Below are positions 36,619-46,135 of a stretch of DNA of 64,000 nucleotides, in pieces. How positions within the stretch are numbered: the stretch's first letter is position 1; each line of letters opens with the position of its first letter. A program made the position numbers and the translations under genes. This stretch comes from a virus (lineage: Duplodnaviria > Caudoviricetes): IMG/VR virus record IMGVR_UViG_3300027983_002388; one strand, written 5' to 3'. A model generated the notes under the pieces. It saw only the letters and a list, made by a program, of their open reading frames with translations. It made no database searches and was not told where the DNA came from.

Positions 36619-36852
36619 TTACTTGTTGAGTGCCTTTCTGATGGCATCTCGTCTAATCGCCTGTGTCTTGCGACGTTCGGCACTCAATCCAGCAGCATTA
36701 GTCTGCTGTGGAGGCGCTGCGGCTTGCGCACGAAGCTGAGTTGGTGTAGGACCAGCAGCTATGCCGCCTGATGTTGAACGAACAGATGTGCTAGGACGAA
36801 GAACTGGTCCGTTTCTACTTCCGCCTCTATTTTTAGTGCATCCACATGCCAT
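36619..36852 (-). CDS. small basic protein (MACGC...)
   Basis: 77 aa, Arg/Lys-rich C-terminus. Confidence 0.6.
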   Translation of the reverse strand: MACGCTKNRGGSRNGPVLRPSTSVRSTSGGIAAGPTPTQLRAQAAAPPQQTNAAGLSAERRKTQAIRRDAIRKALNK

Positions 36853-36860
36853 AGTTGACC

Positions 36861-37046
36861 TCACATGAAATAACGTGTATTGGTTTTATAGATCGAGTTT
36901 TTTCTTTGATTTGTCTTTTGAATACGACTAATCAACCTTTGTTGCTGCTCGGTCAATGGTGGATTTGTTGCAAGATTAGTGCTTCCGCAACCACAACCTT
37001 TCGGTTTCTCTTCTGGTTTGTCGCTTGGTACTTGCAATTCATCCAT
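36861..37046 (-). CDS. small basic protein with GCGC motif
   Basis: TAAATA 4 nt upstream. Confidence 0.6.
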   Translation of the reverse strand: MDELQVPSDKPEEKPKGCGCGSTNLATNPPLTEQQQRLISRIQKTNQRKNSIYKTNTRYFM

Positions 37047-37055
37047 ACTCTATTT

Positions 37056-38570
37056 ATGAATGAGCAACCAAAAAGGATTTCCAATATGTTTACAGAAGAC
37101 GATGTTTTGAAGTTGATTGAAAAAGCAATCGAAGCTGCATTCAAAAAGTTTAAGGCGGGATGCTATCAGGACGCCGAAATAATACTCAATCAAACCATTA
37201 AAGTCTTTCCTACAGAAATTCACGCATTGCAATTGATGGGTCTTGTAAAACACAATCTTGGCAAATTCACAGAAGCCATCGACATCTTCAACAAAACAAT
37301 AGAAATTGCTCCCAACGATCCAGAAAACTATAACAACATAGGTTTGTGTTATTCAAACAATGGAAAATACGATGCTGCAATTGAAATGCTAAAAAAGGCC
37401 ATCGAACTAAATCCAACTTGCGCCTACATGCACAGCAACCTGGGGCTTCAACACAGAAACATCAATAATCTCGATTCCGCTATCGAATGTTTCCAAAAAT
37501 CACTTTCTATCGAAGAGAGTGATTTAACCTGGGGCATGTTAGGTGGATGCTACGGGGAAAAACGTCATTTAGACGACGCTGAAAGGTGTTTCAAAAAGTC
37601 GATTGAAATCAACCCAAACTTTGCTGGTGGCCATGTAGACTTGGCAAACGTATATCACTTAAAAGGCGAGTGGGATAAGGCTTGGGAAGAATACGAATGG
37701 CGATATGAAGTATTTGAACAACTTAAAGTATGGAAAAATCTCTATGACCCAAGCAAGACATGGAATGGCGAACCACTTGATGGCAAGACTATAATCGTTC
37801 ATGGAGAACAAGGTCACGGTGATACCATTCAGTTCTTCAGATACATCCATCATTTGAAAGCTCGTGTCATATTACACTGTTCAAATGATTTGGCTTCTAT
37901 TTTTGCTGGTCATGTAGATGAGATTTACACAAATGAACCTAGTGAAACTAAAACAGAACAATTGCCAGTTCACGACTACCACTGTTCTATTTTGAGTTTG
38001 CCTTATCTTCTAAAACTGAAAGCGATACCGCCTTTCTCATTGAAGATTGACAAAAGTATAAATCTTGATGGTTACTCTAATCTAATGAAGATCGGCATTG
38101 TTTGGGCGGGAAATCCACAACATCCAAACGACGCCAATCGCTCCTGCCATCTGAAACATTTTCGTGAGATTCATGATATTCCTGGCGTTAAATTGTTTAG
38201 CTTAGTCAAGGACATACGACCTCGCATCTACCGCTTTAACGCCAATCCAATTGATCTCACCGAAGAAACTGAGGACATGAAAATTGTGGATATGGCACCA
38301 ATGATGGAAACATTCAGAGACACAGCAGAAGTCATCAATTCTCTCGATTTAGTGATTACTGTAGACACATCTGTTCTGCATCTCGCCGGATCAATGGGAA
38401 AACCGACCTGGGCCTTATTGCCGTGGACTTGTGACTGGAGATGGGGTTCAGGAGAAGAAACAATATGGTATCCGAGCGTTCGGATATTTCGCCAACCGTC
38501 CAAAGGCGATTGGCAGTCAGTATTTTCAAACATCAAAAAAGAGATTTACAATGAACAACGATTATGTTGA
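37056..38570 (+). CDS. TPR-repeat protein with C-terminal GT-B (GT9-like) glycosyltransferase domain
   Basis: about 5-6 TPRs; EQGHGDTIQFFRY, DLVITVDTSVLHLAGSMGKPTWALLP. Confidence 0.88.
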   Translation: MNEQPKRISNMFTEDDVLKLIEKAIEAAFKKFKAGCYQDAEIILNQTIKVFPTEIHALQLMGLVKHNLGKFTEAIDIFNKTIEIAPNDPENYNNIGLCYSNNGKYDAAIEMLKKAIELNPTCAYMHSNLGLQHRNINNLDSAIECFQKSLSIEESDLTWGMLGGCYGEKRHLDDAERCFKKSIEINPNFAGGHVDLANVYHLKGEWDKAWEEYEWRYEVFEQLKVWKNLYDPSKTWNGEPLDGKTIIVHGEQGHGDTIQFFRYIHHLKARVILHCSNDLASIFAGHVDEIYTNEPSETKTEQLPVHDYHCSILSLPYLLKLKAIPPFSLKIDKSINLDGYSNLMKIGIVWAGNPQHPNDANRSCHLKHFREIHDIPGVKLFSLVKDIRPRIYRFNANPIDLTEETEDMKIVDMAPMMETFRDTAEVINSLDLVITVDTSVLHLAGSMGKPTWALLPWTCDWRWGSGEETIWYPSVRIFRQPSKGDWQSVFSNIKKEIYNEQRLC

Positions 38571-38823
38571 GAAGAATTTAGTTTACCAAGATCAGGTGCA
38601 ACAAATTGCAAAGCTGGTATTTCACGCCTTCTATTATGATGAAGAAGAAAAATTCAATGCTTCATCACCTGAAGTTTACGAAAAAGAAGTCATCAGTGAT
38701 TTGTTACCGATGTCAGATAAGATTTTTCAATTCTTTGGAACTGCGGACGAAGCGAAGAAAGCAATTCGCTTCCTACATACAGTAAATCCAATTAAGGCCA
38801 AGGAAATATTTGATGAACTGTAA
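38551..38823 (+). CDS. hypothetical protein
   Basis: 90-aa ORF coupled to its neighbours. Confidence 0.55.
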   Translation: MNNDYVEKNLVYQDQVQQIAKLVFHAFYYDEEEKFNASSPEVYEKEVISDLLPMSDKIFQFFGTADEAKKAIRFLHTVNPIKAKEIFDEL

Positions 38824-39658
38824 AATCTTCTACAGGATTAGCAGCAATAGCCTGTCTAAGCCAAAACTGCCTGGGGCCAACAAGCTCCGTTGCTTGGACA
38901 ACTTCATTAGCGTATTTGGTCCTGAAATAAACGTCCTGGCAGACAATTGCGATCCAGATATATTGGGCGAACTTGAACGCCGTCATTTACGCACTTTGGA
39001 CACGGATTATGGAAACGCCCAATCGTTTTTGCATACATTGTCTGAGGTTAAATATTGTTCAGACGATACAGTGGTCTATTTTGTAGAAGATGATTACCTT
39101 CATTTGCCGACATCTCGCACACTTCTTGAAGAAGGCATTGATTCTGGAGCCGATTACGTCAGTCTGTATGACCACCCGGACAAATATGGTCCGTTATATG
39201 ATGGAGGCGAAACATCCAAGGTATTTCGCACAGCGTCATCTCATTGGAGAACTTCCATATCCACTTGCATGACATTTGCAGCAACAGCGAGCGTGCTAAA
39301 GACGGACATGGAAACATGGCAGAAATGGTGCCAAGGTGCAAACCCCGACGATCATGGTGCCTTTTGTGATTTGAATGCCCAAGGTCGAAAATTGGCAGTA
39401 TCCATTCCGGGGGCTGAGTGTCACACAGATTTGAACTATTCGACAATCATTGGAGAGAATTGGATCGAGCCGTGGGCAATCCAGATGATGCTAAAAAATA
39501 TAGAGCAAAGCATATACAAGTCATATGATGCCGATGCTATTGATGCAATGGAAGAAATACTTCATCACCAAAGAGAGCAACATAACGACTTGTCTAAATT
39601 GGTATTGATTTCAGAAATTGAAAGTCACAGCAAAAAGAAAAAAGCGAGTAAACTGTGA
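38810..39658 (+). CDS. putative GT-A glycosyltransferase
   Basis: VLADN, YFVEDDYLH, SLYDHPDKY. Confidence 0.7.
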   Translation: MMNCKIFYRISSNSLSKPKLPGANKLRCLDNFISVFGPEINVLADNCDPDILGELERRHLRTLDTDYGNAQSFLHTLSEVKYCSDDTVVYFVEDDYLHLPTSRTLLEEGIDSGADYVSLYDHPDKYGPLYDGGETSKVFRTASSHWRTSISTCMTFAATASVLKTDMETWQKWCQGANPDDHGAFCDLNAQGRKLAVSIPGAECHTDLNYSTIIGENWIEPWAIQMMLKNIEQSIYKSYDADAIDAMEEILHHQREQHNDLSKLVLISEIESHSKKKKASKL

Positions 39659-39699
39659 TGTTTACTCGCTTTCAGAAGTGATTTCAACAAGCTCAGTAA

Positions 39700-40044
39700 T
39701 TACGACTGAGTGGTTGTCGATGCAGAAGACTTGCTCTTGGCCGGAGCCTTGACAGAAGTGACCTTCTTAGAAGCGGCAGACTTCTTTGCAGCTTTCTTCA
39801 GCGTTGCGGTTGCAGGAGTCGCAGTCTTGCTGCTGTCGCTGACATCAACATCAGTGAAGCCCAGAGATTTGGCTAGATTGCGTGCAGCGCCGCTGACTGC
39901 GGACTTTGTAGGGAACTGTGTGCTACCATCACTACGACGAGCCAACTTGGTTGGCTTGAGTCCAGCGATGCTGACGGTTCCTTCATAATAATCACCAGCA
40001 TCGCTCTTGCGGCTGGCTACTCGGACAGAGAGAGTGTTGCTCAT
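39700..40044 (-). CDS. small basic protein with histone-like Lys/Ala tail
   Basis: LKKAAKKSAASKKVTSVKAPAKSK; own sigma70 promoter. Confidence 0.7.
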   Translation of the reverse strand: MSNTLSVRVASRKSDAGDYYEGTVSIAGLKPTKLARRSDGSTQFPTKSAVSGAARNLAKSLGFTDVDVSDSSKTATPATATLKKAAKKSAASKKVTSVKAPAKSKSSASTTTQS

Positions 40045-40102
40045 TCGGGTTCGTACCTTTCTTTCATGAAATAAGTCTGTATAGATTCCCAGACGTTAGG
40101 GA

Positions 40103-40131
40103 ATTCTATATTCAACATAGTAGTCAGTCAA
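40103..40131 (-). promoter_or_regulatory. sigma70-type promoter
   Basis: TTGACT-17 nt-TAGAAT on the - strand. Confidence 0.75.
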
Positions 40132-40141
40132 TATCTTTCGC

Positions 40142-40840
40142 TTATTTTTTTGCTTTCAAATCATCAAAGACAAAGTTTCTCATCTTGTCCAAGCTGCACA
40201 TCTTTGGCTCGACGACCCCTGTGTTGGCAAGAGTCGGGATCAACATGCGACGATCAGCCGGTCGAAATCGCTTGCGATAAAATCCATCGACCGCATCTTT
40301 ATATTTCAAAAACAAAGAGGACATGCTCACGCCTGGAGTTGTTTCTGACAAGTTGAAAGTCGTCAAAATACTCACGATGGTTTTCATGACTTCATCTATG
40401 TGTATTTTCTTTTTGCTTTTGCCGATCCTGGAGAAGTTCAAGAACCAGAGCATGGTATCAGGATCGTATAAAAACAACGGGTTCACCAAACCGGCGTGGC
40501 AATGAGCGTCGATATAATCCTCAATTTGAGAAATCCAGAGTTTTTGACCATTGTTGGCTTGGATATAGTTCTGAAAATAGAAGTACCCAATTATGCTCCG
40601 AAAGCTCAAAATCAAGACATCTCGGTTTCCCTTGTTGTTTAAGCCATGCCGAAGACAAAAGGAACAGTAAAAATTTCCTGGACCGGAGAGCCTATCTATA
40701 AGCGATGATTGGACACTAGCGGTTTCGCAGTTCTTTTCGCAAAAGAAGCATTTACGAAAAACTTTGTCCGATAGCTCTCCTGAAAGGGTGGCTGGGATCG
40801 GTTTGAGCCGAACTTGGCTTATAGAAAGTTTTTCAGACAT
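40142..40840 (-). CDS. zinc-finger-containing hypothetical protein
   Basis: CFFC...YCSFC. Confidence 0.65.
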   Translation of the reverse strand: MSEKLSISQVRLKPIPATLSGELSDKVFRKCFFCEKNCETASVQSSLIDRLSGPGNFYCSFCLRHGLNNKGNRDVLILSFRSIIGYFYFQNYIQANNGQKLWISQIEDYIDAHCHAGLVNPLFLYDPDTMLWFLNFSRIGKSKKKIHIDEVMKTIVSILTTFNLSETTPGVSMSSLFLKYKDAVDGFYRKRFRPADRRMLIPTLANTGVVEPKMCSLDKMRNFVFDDLKAKK

Positions 40841-40926
40841 CGTTTATTCACCGAAATTTGTAAAAGCTCGCATACATAATAAGAAGCGAGTGAACTCTAC
40901 TCAATCACCAGAACGAGGAAAAAAAT

Positions 40927-41151
40927 ATGAAGACATTTATTCAATGGGCAGGCGAAGTCAAGAAAGAACTGCCTCTGTACATGCAAGACGAAAATACAAA
41001 GCGTGCTGGTATTGCACATTGGGCTTACCCGGACGCATACGTCCGTCAGCAGTATCCAGATGCTTATTTCATGCCTCACGCCGCTGATGCTCTACAGAAA
41101 ATGGGAAAACATCAGCCAAGTCGCAAGGCTCCTGCTGATAGCTCTTGGTAA
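40927..41151 (+). CDS. small protein with capsid-targeting-like N-terminus (MKTFIQWAGE)
   Basis: GAGG SD; 74 aa. Confidence 0.7.
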   Translation: MKTFIQWAGEVKKELPLYMQDENTKRAGIAHWAYPDAYVRQQYPDAYFMPHAADALQKMGKHQPSRKAPADSSW

Positions 41152-41225
41152 GTAACAAACCCGCTGCTACTCTGGTCTGAAAAGACAATTGAGCATTAAG
41201 GGCGGGTAGACATTTACCTTTAGTT

Positions 41226-41258
41226 AAAAAACCCCTGCCTTTATTGGCGGGGGTTTTT
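41226..41258. terminator. bidirectional terminator
   Basis: AAAAACCCCTGCC/GGCGGGGGTTTTT between convergent genes. Confidence 0.75.
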
Positions 41259-41261
41259 GTT

Positions 41262-41597
41262 TTAGCCCTTAACTTTGTTGATGCGGTCGTTGTGATCCTT
41301 GGCAGTAATCGACTCTTCTTCAACTGGAAGCATTTCGGGACATCTTTCCCAATAACCCCATTGATCTTCATTTTGTGGGTTTTGGAAGACCATGCCCTTC
41401 TTCCAATACTTATTCAATATTTCATCGACCCGCTCCTTGGACAACTTTGATTCCTTGGAAAGTTGAGCGGTTGATCGCCATTGCCATTTGATGCTGCGAG
41501 CCAAAGCGATAAAAAATCCTTGTTCCTCGTCGCCCTCTTTGGTGCCTTGGGGATACACTGAAGTCCATTTGGGCGGTGTCTTTGTTTTATTCTTCAT
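41262..41597 (-). CDS. winged-helix-like small protein
   Basis: WRSTAQLSKESKLSKERVDEILNKYWKKGMV; GGAG SD. Confidence 0.6.
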   Translation of the reverse strand: MKNKTKTPPKWTSVYPQGTKEGDEEQGFFIALARSIKWQWRSTAQLSKESKLSKERVDEILNKYWKKGMVFQNPQNEDQWGYWERCPEMLPVEEESITAKDHNDRINKVKG

Positions 41598-41639
41598 GAT
41601 TGACTCCGAAAAAAATGGCGAGATTGCCATACTATAATA

Positions 41640-42221
41640 ATGAGGTATTTGGAGAAAATCCAACCCTTTGAATTATATACTCTGCTTAAAAGGAAATGCC
41701 AAATGAGAAATTCACCAAGATTGAATCGTTTTGAGAAGCGAACAATGCACGCCGAGAAGCTGAAGAACGACATGAGCGGCACAGGCGTCTACGTGTATGA
41801 GAACAATACTGAGGGTGATTTGAAGCTGCCGAAGCCGACAGATTCAGGGGTCCGTCAGATTTCTCCAAAAAACAAACCTGGATGTCGATTCCAGGGAGAC
41901 AGTTACTATCTACAATGGGTTGGTTCGCCAATGAATCTACTCAAGCTGGTTGAAGAAGTGGTTCCAAAGATGACTCATGTGGAACTAATGGAACACCGAG
42001 CCAAACAAGAACAATTACTGGAGGAAGAAGCTATGGCAAATGAGCGACAACTATTGCTAGACCAACCTGATTGCATCACTCATCACGGCAAGATCGAGAG
42101 AGTGGTCACAGAACCGGGCCAGCAACCGATCAACGACAATACGGACCTTTCTCAGAAGAAACCTGCCGAGGTTCTTTTGACGGAAGACCCATTGGATGGC
42201 ATTGAGATTATCCTGGGCTAA
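41640..42221 (+). CDS. hypothetical protein (true start probably 41703 or later)
   Basis: ORF followed by a terminator. Confidence 0.6.
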   Translation: MRYLEKIQPFELYTLLKRKCQMRNSPRLNRFEKRTMHAEKLKNDMSGTGVYVYENNTEGDLKLPKPTDSGVRQISPKNKPGCRFQGDSYYLQWVGSPMNLLKLVEEVVPKMTHVELMEHRAKQEQLLEEEAMANERQLLLDQPDCITHHGKIERVVTEPGQQPINDNTDLSQKKPAEVLLTEDPLDGIEIILG

Positions 42222-42248
42222 ACCCACACGTCAATACAAACAACGACT

Positions 42249-42279
42249 ACAGCACCCGAATATCGGGTGCTGTTTTTAT
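42249..42279 (+). terminator. intrinsic terminator
   Basis: ACAGCACCCGA-ata-TCGGGTGCTGT-TTTT. Confidence 0.8.
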
Positions 42280-42441
42280 TTACAGCCGATTTTACAAGTC
42301 CCTGTCTCCGTGGTATGATCCGAATCACAGCGTGTTTTGCCAAAATATTCACGCATGAAAAATTTGACGACAGGTCGAACCAAACGATCTCGAATCTCTC
42401 TAGGCATTTGATCGGTCGTCACTCAAATCTGTGGAGCAACC

Positions 42442-43740
42442 ATGTACACTCTGTTTTTGCAGCGGGTTTTGTCGAAAAGAAGCGGCGACGATAAAATTCA
42501 GGCGCAAATCGAATACATCCTTCAGCGTGGAATGGCCGGAACCCGTGGAAAAACCTGGAAGGCCGAGCCGCATCGCCTCCCGCCCATCCAACAAGAAAGC
42601 GGCAATTGGCTATTCAAATATTGCATTACCTTTGAGAAGGTGCGTGGCGACCGGGGACAACAAGCTGAATACAGTCAGTGGGAAGAAATCAAAGCAATGC
42701 TCCAACAGACCGGAGCAATCACTCGCTTTCAGCCTTTTCCTTGGACTGTTCAAGTTGCTCCCAATGTCGCTCTTGTTGCGACTGCTGCTCCTACGGTTCA
42801 GACAGCGGAACCCGTTGAATTAGACCCAAACGCTATTGCCACGACTCCCTTGCCGCAACCTGAAGGGTTTGAGGGTGTATTGGACGGTATGCTCACACAG
42901 ATTTTGGGCGGCGTCCGCACGGTTGGACAATTTGGTCCCGCCAAAAAATGGGACCAACTGATTGTTCCACCCGAACTATTGGGCAGAGACAGCGATGCCC
43001 ATCTTGCAGAACATCCAGCGTGGAAGAACCTCTATGGAGTCAACCCTCAGACTCGCATCATCCTGAGCAACATCAAGCGAGCGCACGAAACGAACGGCGA
43101 AAGTCGTAATCATGGCGTATTGTTCGGTCATGCCGGTTGTGGGAAAACAACTACGATGTTTGCATTGGAAAGTATGTTTGGTGCTGACGCCGTATTGAAG
43201 CTAGATGCAACCAGCACAACCAAAGCTGGTCTGGAGAAGATGTTCTTCAACGACCTGAACGAAATCCCGCCGTTGGTGTTCATGGAAGAGGCTGAAAAGG
43301 CCGATCCTGAAGCCCTGAAAATTTGGCTTGGCGCTCTCGACGACCGTGGAGAAATTCGTAAGGTCAACTTTCGAGTCAACCAACTTCGGTCGGTCAAGGT
43401 ATTGTTCCTCTGCTCTGTCAACAACAAAGCCGCATTCGACAAGATGATGGGAAGTGACGGAACGGAAGCTGGCGCTCTATCCAGCCGGTGTGTGACTCAG
43501 GTGTATTACCCCCGTCCAAGCAAAACTGTATTGCTCCAAATTCTTGATAAAGAAGTTCGAGAAAAGGGTGGTCGCCAAGAATGGATTACTCCCGCAATTC
43601 AACTTGCCACTGAAATGGGCATCACTGATCCTCGTATTGTTCGCAGCTACCTTGCTGGTGGGGACCGATTGCTCGATGGAACCTACCAGCGTGACTGGCA
43701 GGCGATTCATCAGGCTCAAAATACCTTCAACAAAGCGTAA
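42442..43740 (+). CDS. AAA+ ATPase with uncharacterised N-terminal domain
   Basis: Walker A GHAGCGKTT, Walker B FMEE, LSSRC Arg finger. Confidence 0.85.
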   Translation: MYTLFLQRVLSKRSGDDKIQAQIEYILQRGMAGTRGKTWKAEPHRLPPIQQESGNWLFKYCITFEKVRGDRGQQAEYSQWEEIKAMLQQTGAITRFQPFPWTVQVAPNVALVATAAPTVQTAEPVELDPNAIATTPLPQPEGFEGVLDGMLTQILGGVRTVGQFGPAKKWDQLIVPPELLGRDSDAHLAEHPAWKNLYGVNPQTRIILSNIKRAHETNGESRNHGVLFGHAGCGKTTTMFALESMFGADAVLKLDATSTTKAGLEKMFFNDLNEIPPLVFMEEAEKADPEALKIWLGALDDRGEIRKVNFRVNQLRSVKVLFLCSVNNKAAFDKMMGSDGTEAGALSSRCVTQVYYPRPSKTVLLQILDKEVREKGGRQEWITPAIQLATEMGITDPRIVRSYLAGGDRLLDGTYQRDWQAIHQAQNTFNKA

Positions 43741-43751
43741 GCAACTTAGTT

Positions 43752-44834
43752 ATGGGTCGTGAAATCAAACGTGTAGACACTGGTTTTGAGTGGCCATTGG
43801 AAAAAGTGTGGAAAGGCTACCAAAACCCATATTGCAAACATGCACATAACTGTGCTGCTTGTGATGGATCGGGCTACAGTACAATGGCAAATCTATACAA
43901 AGATCAATGGTATGGGTATCACGAATTCAATCCTGTTGCCTATGGCAGCGAATTGCTCACACCTGAAACTCCGGCATTAAAATCATTCGTGGAATTTCAA
44001 GTGGATCGCTCCATTCGAGATGCTGCCAATGGCACAGCTTTGGAATTCCATGCTGATTTTCGCTCGACACGAACTGGTACAATGTGCCATAAGACTAAAA
44101 ATGGTCTATACACTCGTGAAGAGGCCATTGAACGTGACTGCAATCGACTATTGGAAATGTGGAACGAGCAATGGAGCCATCATCTGATTGCAGTTGATAT
44201 TGCTGCATTGGTTGAGGGAAATCGGCTTTATGATTTGACTCGACAACGATTGAAAAATATTCCATTGGAGGAATATATCCGCACCCGTGCATATTACTTG
44301 TGGGTAGATGCTGGTCGTCCTGAAGGCGATGCGTCACAATTTTGGGAAATAGCCGCCAAAGAACACAGTGGTCCTTGGCTCCCGTTCTGGAACGGGCATA
44401 CCCCCACGCCAGAAGAAGTCAATGGCTGGAGCATCGCTGGCTTTGGTCACGATTCCATCAATTGTCACATTTGCATTGAAGCTCGATGTAAACGTGAAGG
44501 ATATTCCACGGAATGTGAAGTGTGCAAGGGAAAGGGTTCTATCTGGCAACCGGCAGAAGCCGAACAATGGGCTGAAGATTGGGTAGAAGAAAAACCGCCA
44601 GCAGGCGAAGGATACCAAATTTGGGAGACAGTATCTGAAGGTTCTCCAATCTCGCCCGTATTTTCCGACCCACGCATCCTGGCTGAATGGATGGCAAATT
44701 CCCCAACATGGGGTGCCGCCGAACCAATGTCTGCTGATCGGTGGTTGGAATGGATTGTCGGCCCAGGCTGGTCCCCGTCCGGCATGATGATAAATGGCGT
44801 CTACAAAGATGGCGTTGCCGCAATGACTGAGTAA
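43752..44834 (+). CDS. phage protein with CxxCxGxG motifs and an embedded DUF2934-like segment
   Basis: CAACDGSG, CEVCKGKG; IRTRAYYLWVDAGRPEGDASQFW. Confidence 0.7.
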   Translation: MGREIKRVDTGFEWPLEKVWKGYQNPYCKHAHNCAACDGSGYSTMANLYKDQWYGYHEFNPVAYGSELLTPETPALKSFVEFQVDRSIRDAANGTALEFHADFRSTRTGTMCHKTKNGLYTREEAIERDCNRLLEMWNEQWSHHLIAVDIAALVEGNRLYDLTRQRLKNIPLEEYIRTRAYYLWVDAGRPEGDASQFWEIAAKEHSGPWLPFWNGHTPTPEEVNGWSIAGFGHDSINCHICIEARCKREGYSTECEVCKGKGSIWQPAEAEQWAEDWVEEKPPAGEGYQIWETVSEGSPISPVFSDPRILAEWMANSPTWGAAEPMSADRWLEWIVGPGWSPSGMMINGVYKDGVAAMTE

Positions 44835-44840
44835 TTTTCT

Positions 44841-44873
44841 CTTCCCCATGACGTAAATAACGTCATGGGGAAG
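44841..44873 (+). promoter_or_regulatory. 13-bp hairpin with the TAAATA late box in the loop and the start codon in the 3' arm
   Basis: CTTCCCCATGACG-taaataa-CGTCATGGGGAAG; ATG at 44865. Confidence 0.75.
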
Positions 44874-45635
44874 TTTTCATTTCATCACTGGCTTAATCTT
44901 CAAGAAAACCAACACGTCGTTGAGATTCAGGTAGCACGCTTCCTTGAAGATATTCTTGAAAAAGCAACCGCTCACAAAAAGCAGGACATGCAGGCTGGTC
45001 AGCCAAATCAGACGTATACGAACTACGTCAGACAAGTTTGGCCACAGGACGCCATTCAAAATGGCGAATTTGTGTTGCCAAGCATCTTCCCTGCCGACAT
45101 TGCAGGTCAGCGAGTACAATTCAAACTCAAGCTGGGACATAATGCCGCCGACACCGTTCACAATAACGGCAAGTTCGAGGGCTTTGTCATCAATATGTAT
45201 CCATTCAACTATGCCAAAAGCATAGAAGATGTTGATCGTCATTTGATGACTCTCAAATCAGCAATGCACCATGAAGCGGAACATATCTATAACGTGGGTG
45301 CTGAATATGAATCCAATGATTGGGATGGCGACGACAAGCATCGCATGGCGATGCAATACATGAGCAATCCCGGAGAAATTCGAGCGCACGCTCGACAGAT
45401 GGCCTATATGTACGCCAAGCACTTCCCTGGTGAGCCATTTGATCTAAAGAAGGCACAGTCAATTCTGAACGGTCCTGGGTTCACCACTACCCATAAGAAC
45501 TACTTCAATGGCTTTGCCAAGCCTGACGTTTGGCAAAAAAACGTCAATAGGTTTGGATATAATCATGCAAATCCGCACGATCAAATCATGCCATTGGTGC
45601 CACAATTTTTGGCCCAATATCAGTCTCAGCCATGA
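44865..45635 (+). CDS. HExxH metallopeptidase-like protein with capsid-targeting-like N-terminus (MGKFSFHHWLNLQE)
   Basis: MHHEAEH followed by Y.SNPGEIRAH (third-ligand Glu position). Confidence 0.65.
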   Translation: MGKFSFHHWLNLQENQHVVEIQVARFLEDILEKATAHKKQDMQAGQPNQTYTNYVRQVWPQDAIQNGEFVLPSIFPADIAGQRVQFKLKLGHNAADTVHNNGKFEGFVINMYPFNYAKSIEDVDRHLMTLKSAMHHEAEHIYNVGAEYESNDWDGDDKHRMAMQYMSNPGEIRAHARQMAYMYAKHFPGEPFDLKKAQSILNGPGFTTTHKNYFNGFAKPDVWQKNVNRFGYNHANPHDQIMPLVPQFLAQYQSQP

Positions 45636-45747
45636 ATGCGGCATTGCTCCTTACGCCTGGGTCGTAAGAAAAACGACATGAGGGTTGCAACTTGGCGAGT
45701 CTTTCCTAAAATAGCTCGATCAATTCGTTCCCTTTGAGGATTTTCTA

Positions 45748-46008
45748 ATGAACCCCAAGGCTGTTGAGCTTGTCGATGAGTACGGCGACCAAGCGTATCA
45801 CGTCGCCGTTGAGTTTACCGTGCTGGCTACCCACATCGGGGACACGGTTGGTGCTGAATTGTTTGGAGAGTGTGCCAGAGATTTAATAGAGGCGGGCTTC
45901 CACAAGCACCGGAAAGAAAATGAAAGAAGATTTAGCTGGTGGAATTCGCTTCAGCGAAAGGATGAAACTCTACGAGGCGGGCTTCCACAAGCACCGGAAA
46001 GAAAATGA
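45748..46008 (+). CDS. hypothetical protein, 3' end affected by a local duplication
   Basis: 86-aa ORF; GAGG SD. Confidence 0.55.
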   Translation: MNPKAVELVDEYGDQAYHVAVEFTVLATHIGDTVGAELFGECARDLIEAGFHKHRKENERRFSWWNSLQRKDETLRGGLPQAPERK

Positions 46009-46021
46009 AAGAAGATTTAGC
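45889..46021 (+). repeat. 48-bp perfect direct repeat separated by 37 bp
   Basis: GAGGCGGGCTTCCACAAGCACCGGAAAGAAAATGAAAGAAGATTTAGC at 45889-45936 and 45974-46021. Confidence 0.9.
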
Positions 46022-46102
46022 CGAAAGGATCTTCTATGGTGAAGAACCACGATTACATGAAGAACCAAGATTACAAACCGAAGAGGCGGCTTCGTAGTAA
46101 AG

Positions 46103-46132
46103 AAAAGACCCCGGTTTTAGCCGGGGTCTTTT
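46103..46132. terminator. bidirectional terminator
   Basis: AAAAGACCCCGG-ttttag-CCGGGGTCTTTT. Confidence 0.85.
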
Positions 46133-46135
46133 TGT

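Noticed and set aside
45889-46021. Mini CRISPR array
   Set aside because: Only two copies, 48 bp, not palindromic, overlapping coding sequence, and no cas genes; kept only as a duplication
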